Source: Laetmonice hystrix
Taxonomy: Eukaryota
NCBI GenBank assembly: GCA_965235115.1
Contig: OZ249436.1
Span: forward strand, 3,660,001 to 3,724,000
Direction: 5' to 3'
Length of the DNA: 64,000 nt
The notes under the pieces are model-generated. The model was not told where the DNA came from, made no database searches, and worked only from the letters and a program-made list of their open reading frames with translations. Every line of letters begins with the position of its first letter. Positions within the stretch are counted from its first letter, which is position 1. The position numbers and the translations under genes were made by a program. This document shows, in pieces, positions 50,190 through 63,549 of this stretch.

Positions 50190-52126
50190 CTGGATCCGCC
50201 CCTGTTGACAACCTGCTGTGGCTGTGCAGGGCGGCTCAGCGGTAGGCCTATCTGTGCGGCAATAAATTCTTAAAATTGTGGGGATTTGTCTGTCAAATCT
50301 GCCGCTACCACTGAAGTCAATATTGTCAAATTGGACAAGACTTTTGTCTGTGTCAAGGGATGAAGTGTCAGTGTCTGACACAGTGACAGTAACACTCACT
50401 CACTGTCATGACAGTCACCGTCAAAATAATGGTAGATGGGTCTAGCGGTAGATCTACGTTAATCTTTTCCTGAGAGGTATTAAAAGTCTTACATATGAAA
50501 TGAACTGGTCTAATTTGCATAAAAACTATTCTTAATTTCTACAAGTAGCATTCTGCGATATACTCACCTGGTGTACTTAGGATAAGATCTATTTTGGCTG
50601 TGTTTATCGTTGAAACGATTTGCCGTCAAACTCCAAACTCCATCGTCCAGAAGTTTATTACCTTGTGTAACAGATGGGGAATACTATTTATTCCCATAAT
50701 GTTGCAATAATTAGTTTCACATCACAAGGGACTGTTGGCCATTTATATGATATACTTTATTAATAAGGTAATATAAGTAATATACGTCGTTTTGGAAAGT
50801 TATGAGCTAGAAAACTCAATATGGATTATATATGGACCCTCTGTTGTAGGAGGTCGCTGAAAAAAGGAAGCGGCAGCTCGCGCCTGCGCATGACAACAAT
50901 TATGCTTTCCGGTATGGTGACGGGGCGACTCAGCAGGTGAGGGCCGCTGGTTGCTGGATCGAATCAAATGAGAGGATACAGAAAGACCATTTTAGCCGGT
51001 GCAATGTGTTTTCCCTTTCAACAATAGGCCAATGGGAATGGCCCTATTAAACGTACTTAGGCTTTCAGGTTTCGATTCCGATGGAAAGATATTGTGCGTC
51101 CTTCAAGCGGAGGAAAAGAGCATTTACGGTGGTAATTTAAGATTGAACCGTTAATTATGGATTGATTACAAGTTATTTGTTGGCAGTTGTGTTTATTTAC
51201 CCCATAGTTCCACTAAATATGTGACTAGGGCGTTGTTATAAGACAGCGTGTGACTGTCACTGACCGATCCATCCCGATCCTGGCCAGAATCTCGGACCGG
51301 GCCTGTCACAGTCGCACCCTCCCGGCCCCCGCACCCCATCCCAGCCTCCCGTGCCCCGAAACGGGCCTCGACAGCCGTGACCAGAAGGCCAGATAGCGGG
51401 GGAAGGACCCCTCTTCGCCTGCTTCGGATTCTGCCGGCCAACCATGGCTCACAGTACACGTACTGACGTAGTCACTGTCAGCGCCAGTGGCAGTGGGACC
51501 CCTGCTGGGCTGCAGCGCCCCCCCCCCCCCGGCCTCCCTGTCCACGGACACGGCTCCTCCCCTTGCCCCTGGCCTTGGCCCTTGCTCTGGGGCTGGCCAA
51601 CCAAGGACCCCCAACCAACCCTGGCATACCTCTGCCTCTGGCCACTGGATGGCCATTTCCAAATTCCTGGACCTGGCCAGCCAACCCTCGTTACCCCCCC
51701 CCCCCCCCCCCCCCGCGGCCCCGGGCCTCCAGTCCATGGCCTTTGCCCTGGGCCTGGCCAGCCAACCCTGGCAGACCCTCTCCTCTTGGGCCAGATGGGG
51801 TGGGGGTTGGATCTGCCTTTGCCTACATTGGAAGTTGGATTCTGCCGCCAGTCAACCCTGGTTAGCTAGGTAACCCCCACCCGCAGCCTCCCTGGCCGGA
51901 TATTTCCTGGGACTGGCCAGCCAACCCTGGTAGCTCCTGGCCAACCCTGTATGGTTTCGGTAACCCCCCCCCCCCCGGGCCTTTGCCCTAGCCAGCCAAC
52001 CCTGGTTAGCTTGGCAGACCCCCCCCCCTCCCCCCCCCCCCGGCCTACCTGGCCAGCCCTTGGCCTGGGCCTAGCCAGTGAACGCTGGTTGCTGGGCGGC
52101 CCGTCCCGGGGCCTGGCCAGCCAACC

Positions 52127-52386
52127 CAGGGGTGGCATTTGGAGTCGACCGGTCGACCGAGGCGACAGAATTCGAGCTCGGGCGACTAGACATTCACAGA
52201 ACACATGCCCGGTTGGCGAGTAGCATATTCTGGAGATAGGCCTGACTGGGATTAATTAATTGCAAAACAGACCCGGGCATCAGACGTTTCCATCATGTGG
52301 GCTAATAATTTTTCATCCAGGCTAGTTGATTTTTTGCTTTACTAGCCCGGCTGTCTAGTTCCTAAAAACTTTAATTTCCACCCCTG
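52127..52386. mobile_element. hAT-like MITE with 5-bp target duplication, inserted in the GC-rich motif
   Basis: gccagcCAACC|CAGGGGTGGCATTT...AATTTCCACCCCTG|CAACCctggcagac; removing it restores the standard gccagccaaccctggcagac motif. Confidence 0.72.
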
Positions 52387-55300
52387 CAACCCTGGCAGAC
52401 CTCTCCCCCCCCCCCCCCCCCCCGGGCGCTTGCCATGACCAGCCAACTAACAGCCAGCTTTGCAGACCCTCACACGTCACTGTCAGCGCCAGTGGCAGTG
52501 GGACCCCAGCTGGGCTGCGGCGCCTCCCCGTACCCCCCCCCCCCCCCACCCCACCCCATCGGCCTCCCTGGCCACGGACACGGCTCCTCCCCTTGCCCCT
52601 TCGCCCTTGCTCTGGGGCTGGCCAACCAACCCTGGCATACCTCTAGCCTCTGGCCACTGGATGGCCAGTGAACCCCCAGCTGGATGGCCAGAGGCAGAGG
52701 GGGTGGGGTTACCTAGCTAACCAGTCCACCAGCTAGCCTAGCTAACCAGGCCTAGCCAGTGAACTCTGGTCGCTGGGCGGCCCGTCCTGGGGCCTGGCCA
52801 GCCAACCCTGGCAGACCCCCCCCCCCCCCCTCCCGGGGCCTTGCCATGACCAGCCAACTAACAGCCAGCTTTGCAGACCCTCTCCCCCTAACGATGTCCC
52901 TGCCTGTTTGTTCCCGCAGTACGATGTCTGGGTTGGGGGGGGGGGGGGGGGTTGAACGGTTGGCCTGTCTTTGCCTGCCTTGGATTCTCCTGGTCATCCA
53001 TGACTCACACGTGGTGTCAGCACAAGCGGCAGTGGGACCTCTGCGGCGCCTCCCCCTCCCCCCATCGCCTCCCTGGCGACAGCCCTTGCCCTGGGCCTGG
53101 CGGCAGTGGCCAGCCAACTCTGGCAGAGCCCCCCCCCCTGCCTTCCTGGCCGGCTCTTCCCTGGGCCTGGCCACCCTACCCTGGGGGGCGTTTCTCTTCA
53201 TGTCGTTAGCTTGTCCTATCGTTAACTCATTTTCATTTTCAATGGGGATTTTAACGCACGACAGCATAACGAAAGATGAGAAACGCACCCCAGGTTAGCT
53301 TGGCAACCCCCCCCCCCAACCACCACCCTGAGCCTGGCCAGCCAACCCTGTCCCTGGCTAGCTTGGCAGATACCCACACTGCCTCCCTGGCCTTTCCCCA
53401 GGCCAGCCAACCCTGGCAACCTTGACGGAACCCCAGCCTCCCGGCCCTTACCCAGGCCATCTTAACAGACCCGCCCCCCCCCCTCCCAGGCCCTTGGCAT
53501 GGCCAGCCAACCCTGGCTAACTTGACAGGCCCTCTTCCCAGCTCACACGTTAAGCAGGGCCCACACAGACGCGAAAATCCTTAGGCGGGTGGAAAAAATT
53601 TATCCGTGCACGGAAATTGCACTTCCGCATGAAGCCTACATCCGCACCAGTGTGTTTGTGTCATGTTCAAAAAAAAATATGGACCTATGCGGAATCACGT
53701 GGCATATCTAAATATCTAAAACATTAGATATTTCCGCCTGTCGCGCACGGAAATTTTGTCGCGAAGCCATGAAATTGAATGGGGGCCTGGAGGCCCTCCC
53801 CCGGAAAGAAAAAGAAAATTACAGTGCCAAATACGTGATATAGACCAGCCTTTAGGCCTATAATAGGCCTATAAGCCTAGACAATGGGACATTTAAAATT
53901 AAAAAATCTTTTGTAAAAATATGAAAAGGGCACTTGGGGGAGTGAAAAGGGCACTAGGGGCATACTCATGATACTGAACCCCCCCACACACACACCCACA
54001 CACACACCGGGATAAAGTCACTCCCACCAATCGGTGTGGGCACTATTTCCGTCCGCCTTAAAAAATCATTCGTGTTCTGTGTGGGCTACTTCTGCGCCCC
54101 TTCACGCAGGCGAAAATGGTTGGCAAATTCTTGTGCGGATGTATTAAGGTCATGTGCTACACTAAATCAAACCCATATCTATACTATGTATTTTAATAGA
54201 AGGAACAACTTTTTCTGATTATAAAAATGTATAAATATCCATATGTCGCCATGCTAACTTTTGTGTGGGATGTCTATAGAAAATCCATGTTTGGCTACTT
54301 TGAGTGCTTCTACACTCATCTGGGGGCCCTTGAAGGTAAATTCAAGGCTTTGCACAGGCATACATTTCCTATAAACCCAGGCTTATTACAAAAAAAATAA
54401 GCATGGTGACATATAGTTATCTACACGTTTTTAAACTGAAAAACACTTGTTCTTTACTATTAAAATACATTTTAATGGATTTGTGTTTATACAATACATC
54501 AATTGGTTACTGCGGCGAGATTTGGCATGAGATTTGAGAGGTGTAGCACAAGACCTTAAATTCCCTCGCACGCGTGGAAATTTCGTCTGCGTCAGTGTGG
54601 CCCCTGCTTTGCGAAGTGTCAGTGCGAGCTGCAGTGAGACCTCGCAGCTGCGGCGCCCCCCCCCCCCCCCCATCCCACTCGGCCTCCCTGGACACGGCCC
54701 TTGCCCTAGGCCTGGTCAGCCAACTCTGGCAGACTCCCCCCCCCCCCCCCCGCCTTCCTGGCCGGCCTACCCTGGTTAGCTTGGTAGACCCCCCGGCCCC
54801 TCCCCAAAGCCTCCTTGGCCAGCCCTTGCCCTGAGCCTGGCCAGCCAACCCTGTCCCTGGCTAGCTTGGCAGATACCCCGACTGCCTCCCTGGCCTTTCT
54901 TCAGGCCAGCCAACCCTGGCGACCTTGGCAGACCCCCGGGCCTCCTTGCCACTTACCCTGGGCAACCAAGCCTGCATGGCTTGGCAGATGCCCAGCCTCC
55001 CTTGCCTTTACCAAGGCCAGCTTAACAGACCCCTCCCCTCCCTGGCCCTTGTCATGGCCAGCCAACGCTGGTTTTACTAAAGGTCCTTGACGTCGTCGAT
55101 AATTTAACATAGCTAGGTGAATGGTCGTTAGGTTGTTGTTTCCGACCTAGCAACCCATTCTCTTCTATGTTAAATTATCAACATCGTTATTATCGACTGT
55201 TTAGCCCCTGGCTAGCTTGACAGACCCTCTTCCCAGCCCCCAGCCCCGAACGGCGTCCCTGCCTCCCTAGTCTGCCTCAGTGCCTGTTTGTTCCTGCAGC

Positions 55301-55825
55301 ATGACCTATAGAACTGTATGTGACCCCATCCCGGCCTTCCATGCCCCGAATCGGGCCAGCCGTACATGGCCAGAAGCCCAGATGGTGTGTAGCCCTTGTG
55401 GGGGGTTGCCCTGTCTTTGCATGCCTCGGATTCTGCCGGCCATCTATGGGTGTCTCCCCCTCCCCCCTCGGCCTCCCTGGCTACGGCCCTTGCCCTGGGC
55501 CAAGACAGCCAACCCTGGCAGACCTTGCCCCTTCAGGCCTACCTGTCTGCTGGCCGGTGTCGCGGTCTTAGATCTCCGCGGTCTCAGATCTCCGGGAGGT
55601 TAGCTGCATCGCTGTGTGTTCTAGTCTAACTATCCGAAATATCAGCTCTCAGTTGAGTCACACGTAATAACTCTCATCTCCCCTGCGATTTTTGGTTTAC
55701 AATTTACCTATCCAGACTGTCGTTTATTCTTGTTTGGAAGAAAACTCCACCGCCCATCAGGTAGCAGACGACCGGAGGTGTGAGCCCAAACAGCGACTCG
55801 CACGTACACACTTATCGTCTCACGT

Positions 55826-56001
55826 AAGAGCTCGACCTCGGCCTCATTAAAGCTATTACTTCATTTGGGGTAATACAGAACCACGTGGAATTTGGTCATA
55901 TTCTTGAATGACAGGCGGTGATGACTTGTGATACGCCAGCTGTGGGTAGACGGGAGGAGGGGGGCAGGTCAGAGCTTTAATGAGGCCGAGGTCGAGCTCT
56001 T
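55826..56001. repeat. 29-bp perfect inverted repeat pair (MITE-like), about 100 bp upstream of the 55-bp satellite
   Basis: AAGAGCTCGACCTCGGCCTCATTAAAGCT ... AGCTTTAATGAGGCCGAGGTCGAGCTCTT; no clear target duplication. Confidence 0.7.
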
Positions 56002-56106
56002 CCTAGAGTGAACAGACTATATAGTTAGATTCAGCATCTAAATAATAGGAAACCATGCCCCCAGAGTGCTGAGACCAACGGAGATCTGAGTGTGCGACAC
56101 CGGCTC

Positions 56107-58846
56107 TTCCCTTGCCCTGGCCAGCCAACCCGGATAGCTTGGCAGACGGTGAGACCCCCGGCCCTTGCCCTGGCCCTTGCCCTGGCAAGCCAACCCCGGA
56201 TAGCTTGGCAGACCACCGGCCTCCCTGGCCCTTGCCCTGGCCAGCCAACCCCAGATAGCTTGGCAGAACGCTGGCCTCCTTGGCCCTTGCCCTGGCCAGC
56301 CAACCCCGGATAGCTTGGCAGAACGCTGGCCTCCCTGGCCCTTGCCCTGGCCAGCCAACCCCGGATAGCTTGGCAGACCGCCGGCTTCCCTGGCCCTTGC
56401 CCTGGCCAGCCAACCCCGGATAGCTTGGCAGACCGCCGGCTTCCCTGGCCCTTGCCCTGGCCAGCCAACCCCGGATAGCTTGGCAGAACGCCGGCCTCCC
56501 TGGCCCTTGCCCTGGCCAGCCAACCCCGGATAGGTTGGCAGACCACCGGCCTCCCTGGCCCTTGCCCTGGCCAGCCAACCCCAGATAGCTTGGCAGACCA
56601 CCGGCCTCCCTGGCCTTGCCCTGGCCAGCCAACCCCGGATAGCTTGGCAGACCGCCGGGTTCCCTGACCCTTGCCCTGGCCAGCCAACCCAGATAGTTTG
56701 GCAGACCACCGGCCTCCCTGGCCCTTGCCCTGACCAGCCAACCCCGGATAGCTTGGCAGACCGCCGGCTTCCCTGGCCCTTGCCCTGGCCAGCCAACCCC
56801 GGACAGTTTGGCAGACCGCCGGCCTCCCTGGCCCTTGCCCTGGCCAGCCAACCCCGGATAGCTTGGCAGACCGCCGGCCTCCCTGGCCCTTGCCCTGGCC
56901 AGCCAACCCCGGATAGCTTGGCAGACCGCCGGCTTCCCTGGCCCTTGCCCTGACCAGCCAACCCCGGATAGCTTGGCAGACCGCCGGCTTCCCTGGCCCT
57001 TGCCCTGGCCAGCCAACCCCGGATAGTTTGGCAGACCGCCGGCCTCCCTGGCCCTTGCCCTGGCCAGCCAACCCCAAATAGCTTGGCAGACCGCCGGCCT
57101 CCCTGGCCTTGCCCTGGCCAACCAACCCCGGATAGCTTGGCAGACCGCCGGCTTCCCTGGCCCTTGCCCTGGCCAGCCAACCCCGGATAGCTTGGCAGAC
57201 CGCCGGCTTCCCTGGCCCTTGCCCTGGCCAGCCAACCCCGGATAGCTTGGCAGATAACCGGCCTCCCTGGCCCTTGCCCTGACCAGCCAACCCCGGATAG
57301 CTTGGCAGACCGCCGGCTTCCCTGGCCCTTGCCCTGGCCAGCCAACCCCGGATAGTTTGGCAGACCACCGGCCTCCCTGGCCCTTGCCCTGGCCAGCCAA
57401 CCCCAAATAGCTTGGCAGACCGCCGGCCTCCCTGGCCTTGCCCTGGCCAGCCAACCCCGGATTACTTGGCAGACCGCCGGCTTCCCTGGCCCTTGCCCTG
57501 GCCAGCCAACCCCGGATAGCTTGGCAGACCGCCGGCTTCCCTGGCCCTTGCCCTGGCCAGCCAACCCCGGATAGTTTGGCAGACCACCGGCCTCCCTGGC
57601 CTTGCCCTGGCCAGCCAACCCCGGATAGCTTGGCAGACCGCCGGCTTCCCTGGCCCTTGCCCTGGCCAGCCAACCCCGGATAGCTTGGCAGACCGCCGGC
57701 TTCCCTGGCCCTTGCCCTGGCCAGCCAACCCCGGATAGCTTGGCAGATCACCGGCCTCCCTGGCCCTTGCCCTGACCAGCCAACCCCGGATAGCTTGGCA
57801 GACCGCCGGCTTCCCTGGCCCTTGCCCTGGCCAGCCAACCCCGGATAGTTTGGCAGACCACCGGCCTCCCTGGCCCTTGCCCTGGCCAGCCAACCCCAAA
57901 TAGCTTGGCAGACCGCCGGCCTCCCTGGCCCTTGCCCTGACCAGCCAACCCCGGATAGCTTGGCAGACCGCCGGCTTCCCTGGCCCTTGCCCTGGCCAGC
58001 CAACCCCGGATAGCTTGGCAGACCGCCGGCTTCCCTGGCCCTTGCCCTGGCCAGCCAACCCCGGATAGTTTGGCAGACCACCGGCCTCCCTGGCCTTGCC
58101 CTGGCCAGCCAACCCCGGATAGCTTGGCAGACCGCCGGCTTCCCTGGCCCTTGCCCTGACCAGCCAACCCCGGATAGCTTGGCAGACCGCCGGCTTCCCT
58201 GGCCCTTGCCCTGGCCAGCCAACCCCGGATAGCTTGGCAGACCGCCGGCTTCCCTGGCCCTTGCCCTGACCAGCCAACCCCGGATAGCTTAGCAGACCGC
58301 CGGCCTCCCTGGCCTTGCCCTGGCCAGCCAACCCCGGATAGTTTGGCAGACCGCCGGCCTCCCTGGCCCTTGCCCTGGCCAGCCAACCCCGGATAGCTTG
58401 GCAGACCGCCGGCCTCCCTGGCCCTTGCCCTGGCCAGCCAACCCCGGATAGCTTGGCAGACCGCCGGCTTCCCTGGCCCTTGCCCTGGCCAGCCAACCCC
58501 GGATAGCTTGGCAGATCACCGGCCTCCCTGGCCCTTGCCCTGACCAGCCAACCCCGGATAGCTTGGCAGACCGCCGGCTTCCCTGGCCCTTGCCCTGGCC
58601 AGCCAACCCCGGATAGTTTGGCAGACCACCGGCCTCCCTGGCCCTTGCCCTGGCCAGCCAACCCCGGATAGTTTGGCAGACCACCGGCCTGCCTGGCCCT
58701 TGCCCTGGCCAGCCAACCCCGGATAGTTTGGCAGACCACCGGCCTCCCTGGCCCTTGCCCTGACCAGCCAACCCGGATAGTTTGGTAGACCACCGGCCTC
58801 CCTGGCCCTTGCCCTGGCCAGCCAACCCTGGCTAACCTGGCAGACC
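56107..58846. repeat. 55-bp GC-rich satellite, about 50 copies
   Basis: Unit ccctggcccttgccctggccagccaaccccggatagcttggcagaccgccggcYt; source of the 443-739-aa spurious ORFs. Confidence 0.97.
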
Positions 58847-61785
58847 TCTTCCCCCCAATGGTGTCCCTACTCCTGTTTGTTCCTGCAGCATAACCTAGTA
58901 TAGGATTTGTCCTCTGGCCTCAGTCCTTCACATACTACTAAGCAAAATGGCTATAATATAATAAGCACCATTTCCCAACCAATAATTCATCATTTATTCG
59001 CCGTTGATGATTGCAATCGAGAATACAGACCCCACAGGAAGTCGTTTACTCACTTTCTGCACAGAATGTGTTCAAAATGCACCCCCCCTCCTCCAACAGG
59101 AGGGGGATGCCCCCTTCTGCACCTACCCTCTTGTGGGACTAAATACAAAGGCATGTTGGCAGGTCTGCATCAAGGCATCGTTTGGCCTTGGTTCTGACTT
59201 GAACCCTATCCCAGGTAGAGGGGGACAGGAAGGCCTCGGAGGCTAGAAGGGTCGTTCTGTGAGTTTGAGGTCCGGATGGCTAGCAGAATCTGAGGTAGGC
59301 CAGTGCCCCCCCCCCCCCCCCCTCCGCTAGCGGGCGTGGATGTCAGGGCCCAAGGTGGGCCTCGAGAGGGATCCTGCCCATATCCTTGCATCCATATTTA
59401 TATAGCAAGGACGAGGGCAGGGTTCCAGGCAGGTGAGGTGGGGGGTGGCAGTGTTCGCCCTGAACTTTTTCATCTTCAGCCATTTAGGGCTGACTGACTC
59501 CAAAATCTGTGGGACATCCCTGTGAACACGGTAGGTTTTATATCCCCTATTGGTCTGACCTGGCGAAATAGAACATGTTCTATTTCATAGGACAAATCGG
59601 CACAAGTCAGTGGGCTGCCGAATAGTGCGGTGGAAGGACTTCCGTTTTCGTAACGCTATGGTGTGGGAGTGATACGGTCGTGGGGAATTCTATATCCGTA
59701 TTCTTACCCGTGACGTGACGGCAGTTCACGGACTTGAGCCGACAAATCTTAGCACCAGATGACCTCAGAAAATCTTATCCTAGTGCTCAGGGGTACACAC
59801 GGTATGTTATCCTATGAGACAGACCTATAGGTTATGACCTATAGGAAAAAACCTATCGTGTAGACCAGGCTTTATAGTGAGACCCCTGTGCAGCCGTCGC
59901 CCTACCGGCCACCCCATCCCTGTCCCTGCTAATGCTATAGATATATAACCATAGCTACCAGCAGCACCCCGGCCAAACTCCAGGCCTCCAAACTCATCCA
60001 GCCTCCATATTATCCCCAGCTCTGCAACCTAACCCTGGCTAGCTTGGCATCCCAACCTCCTAGCTCCTTTGCCCCTTCATATAGTACAAGTGATCAGAAC
60101 TCTACGCAATTCATAGTTATTGATCTGGAAAAACCTAGCGTTTGCATGCACCTCAATGGGAGGAATGGTTCGTTTGTCCCAGTTTTCTCAAAATGAGGTG
60201 GACTTGCTACGTTTTCCCATAGATGTGTAGGACACATCTATGGTTTTCCCAGATCACTGTAGACCTGTCTTCCGGCCCACTGGACTGACCCCTGGACTGA
60301 TCCCCGATTGACCCCAGACTGTCCCCCCCCAGACTGATCCCCGACTGACAAGCCCAACTGACTTAACCCCACTGACCCACTGACCCCTGAACTGAGCCCC
60401 ATCCTGACCTGGAAAAAACGGAAATGGCCGAGTGTTCCGGAATAGGGCCGGCGCCAAGGGCAAATGCCGCTTTGGGGGCGCCAGTGCCAGACAATCCTTA
60501 GGACACCTTGTTGTTTCATAACCCCCACCAGCCTCCCTGACCCTAGCCACTGCCAGCCAACTCTGGCTAGCTTGGCAGACTCCCATAGGCCTCCCAACCT
60601 GTCCATCCTGGCCGGTCTCCTATGACTCTCCTTGGCTTGGGCCATGATCTAGCCGTGTTAGCACATGACCTGCCTCCAGAGCTAGGGTTAGGCATCCCGT
60701 GGCATGCCTTGCGCCCTGGCCAACCCTGGCTCACAGTGGAACTCCATCCGGTAGAGGCAGGCAGGGAAGTCATACTATCCACCAATCCCAACGGCCATCT
60801 GCACCTGTGACCCCTGTGGCCATTGGCTACAAGTTGGAGCCCGTCTGTCTCCTGGCCTTCCTATCCCTATTGCCCTGCCGGCTTCCGTGTCCCTGGCTCT
60901 GCCAACCAACCCAACTTAATACAGTGAGACCCCTGTGCAGCTGCCGCCCTGCCGGCCACCCTATCCCTGCTAATGCTATACAACTAAAGCTACGAGTATT
61001 ACTAGGCCTATCACAGAGGCAAAGCTACCAGCAACACCTTGGCCACCCTCCAGGCCTCCAAACCCCCACCAGCGTCCATATTATATATCCCCAGCCCTGC
61101 CCCCCAACCCTGGCTAGCTTGGCAGACCAACCTCCCCACCCCCACCCCCGGGCCCTACTGCCCTACCGCCTCATGCCCTACTGGTCATGTCTGGCTGTCG
61201 GGGGACCTCGTCAGCCGCTCCCCAGGCCAACAATGGGCCGCCTCAGGCCCTGCTGGCCAATCCTTTCTGAGCATGCAAGCAGGGGCAGATGACCTGTCCC
61301 CCGGCCCACCTACCTCAAGCCCTGCCAGCCTTAATTAGACAAGTTCCAGTACTAGCTCCTTCCTAGGGTGTGACCGAAATAGCATCCGGCACGACCACAG
61401 GTTGGGGGGGGGGGGTCAATCGGGTCAGTATGGGGGAGGGGGTCACTCCAGACTGACCCCTGACTGACCCCCAAACTGACCCTTGACTGACCTCCCCCTG
61501 GACTGACCCCTGGACTGACCCCCGATTGACCCTAGACTGCCACCCAGACTGATCCCCGACTGACAATCCCAACTGACCCGAGCCCCACCCACCCACTGAC
61601 CTCTGGACTGACCCCCCCCCCCCGACACCCTTGACCTCCTGCCCCCCTTGACTGACCCCTACCCCCCACCCACTGACCCTTCCTTTGTGACCATGCAAGC
61701 AGAGGCAGATGACCTGTCCCCCGGCCCACCTGCTTCAAGCCCTGCCAGCCAAACTTAATTAGACAAGTTACCCTAGCCTATCCTC

Positions 61786-62275
61786 TAGGGGGTAGTTCTC
61801 CACTTCGCTCCTTCCTAGGGTTTGACCGGAATAGCATCCGACACGACCATGATTGGAGTAGTGGTCAGTCGGGGGGGGGGGGGGGGTAGGTCGGGGGTCA
61901 GTCGGGGTCAGTATGGAGGAGGGTCAGCCAGGGAGTCAATCCAGACTGACCCCTGACTGACCCCCGTGACTGATTCCCGACTGACAAGCCCAACCCCACC
62001 CACCCACTGACCCCTGGACTGACCCCCCCCCCCCCCGCCGACACCCCTGGCCTCCTGCCCCCCCCCGACCCCCCCCCCCGGAACTGCTCCCCGATACCCC
62101 GGACCTCCTGAGCTTCCCGGACTGTCCCCCTCCTAAATGAGCCCTGGACCGACTGATCCCCGTCTGACCCACACCCCCCACCCTGACCCCCGACTGTCTA
62201 CTACTCAGGTCATGGTCGTGTAGGATGCTATTCCGGTCAAACCCTAGGCAGGAGCGAAGGGGAGAACTGCCTAGG
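61786..62275. mobile_element. Element with about 65-bp imperfect inverted termini and GACTGACCC-rich interior
   Basis: agttctccacttcgctccttcctagggtttgaccggaatagcatccgacacgaccatga versus tcatggtcgtgtaggatgctattccggtcaaaccctaggcaggagcgaaggggagaact; a second left end at about 61353-61400. Confidence 0.6.
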
Positions 62276-63251
62276 GTGCCGACTTGTCACAGAAAGACCC
62301 CTACGGACACAACCCGGTACCCCCCCCCCCCCCCTAACCTTGGCTTTGGGGACGCCCAAGGCTTCCAGCAGAGGCTAAGACCGGGAAATCGTGAAAACTC
62401 CAACAATTTTATATTGGGACCTCCCAGGCTGGGAAAAGTCTGAGAATTTATCAATTATATGTACTCAAGTCCGGGACGAGTTCAGGAATTTGACGAACAG
62501 ACTCAAATTCTAGCTGGCTGATTCAGAGTCAGGGTACCAGTCTTTATTCATTGTCGATATCCCATACTGGAAAAAATGGAAGGAGAACATGGTCCTGGAA
62601 AAATTCATAAAGATCCGAGAAAAGTCTGGGAATTTTGGAAAGCAGATAGCGTGGGAGCCATAGTTAAAGCAATGGGCCAAAATGTACAAAATCCCTCCCC
62701 CAACAGGCCTATTGCAAAATTATTAATTTCCAACTTCACCCAGGTTATTTTTGGCACTAAATAATAAGTCAAAATCTAACCTAAAAATAACTCTGCTTAT
62801 TTCTTCACATGCTGCCATTCTTGAGATGTTTCAAACTATTCAAAAATAGATTGATTGGGGCGTGATAAACATGGCCTCTTGCTAACCATCTTGGATTATT
62901 CACAAATGTAAACTTTTATGTATTGCCAGTTTTCGTGACCTTGAATGACCTAAGGTCTCAAGTAAAGGTAAAAGGTCAATTAAGGTCACATAGTTTTAGT
63001 GGCCTGGATGTCCAAAAGTTGAATGACGACATAGTAACTTTGATCATCGACATGAACTTTAGTCTGACATGCCATATTCCATGATCTTCCATGACCTATA
63101 ATATAAAGGCTAAACAATTAATTAAGTGTCACTTTCGGTTGGGCAACCCACGTTACTGTGGTTGGCTGACCGTGGTAAGAACCAAAGTTGAACTGAACAC
63201 TAAATAGTGACTATAGTCACAACAACTTACACTTGTTCTGTTTTCGCCCAA

Positions 63252-63549
63252 AGGTTCTGGGTTCGAGCCGCGGCCGCGCCGGACTTTCCTGCATAGCAGT
63301 GCTGCCGACTGTTTTGTGAAAGACCGGCCGTGTCACGATATGTCTATGTGGAGGGGCACGTTAAAGATCCCTTGGCACCTATCGATAAGAGTAGGGGTTC
63401 GCCCCGATGCCAGGTTTCCTCCTATCATCTCATTATCACCCAATGGATTTCACCGAGTGATTTAGTTACCTTGTTCTCACCCTGAAATAGCTGAAATACT
63501 GCTGACTGAGCGTTAAACACCAACTACTCACTCACTCACTCACTCACTC
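63252..63549 (+). mobile_element. 5'-truncated tRNA-derived SINE (Meta-domain-like core, ACTC tail)
   Basis: B-box GGTTCGAGCC at about 63260; central GGCACGTTAAAGATCCC; 3' GCTGAAATACTGCTGACTGAGCGTTAAAC followed by (ACTC)n; TTCGCC near both flanks. Confidence 0.75.

Larger units (their letters stand above)
51250..62350. repeat. GC-rich degenerate repeat domain (GCCAGCCAACCCTGG and GACTGACCC motifs, poly-C tracts)
   Basis: Dozens of ggccagccaaccctgg / cttggcagac motifs and C10-C20 runs, with ~150-bp blocks recurring (for example near 51470, 52475 and 54620). The ORFs here are low-complexity. Confidence 0.8.

Noticed and set aside
56003..58825. Long ORFs of 443-739 aa on the minus strand
   Set aside because: Translations of a 55-bp satellite that are open in all three frames, with no domain or splice context.
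63255..63290. tRNA gene suggested by GGTTCGAGCC
   Set aside because: No A-box or cloverleaf; followed by a SINE core and ACTC tail.
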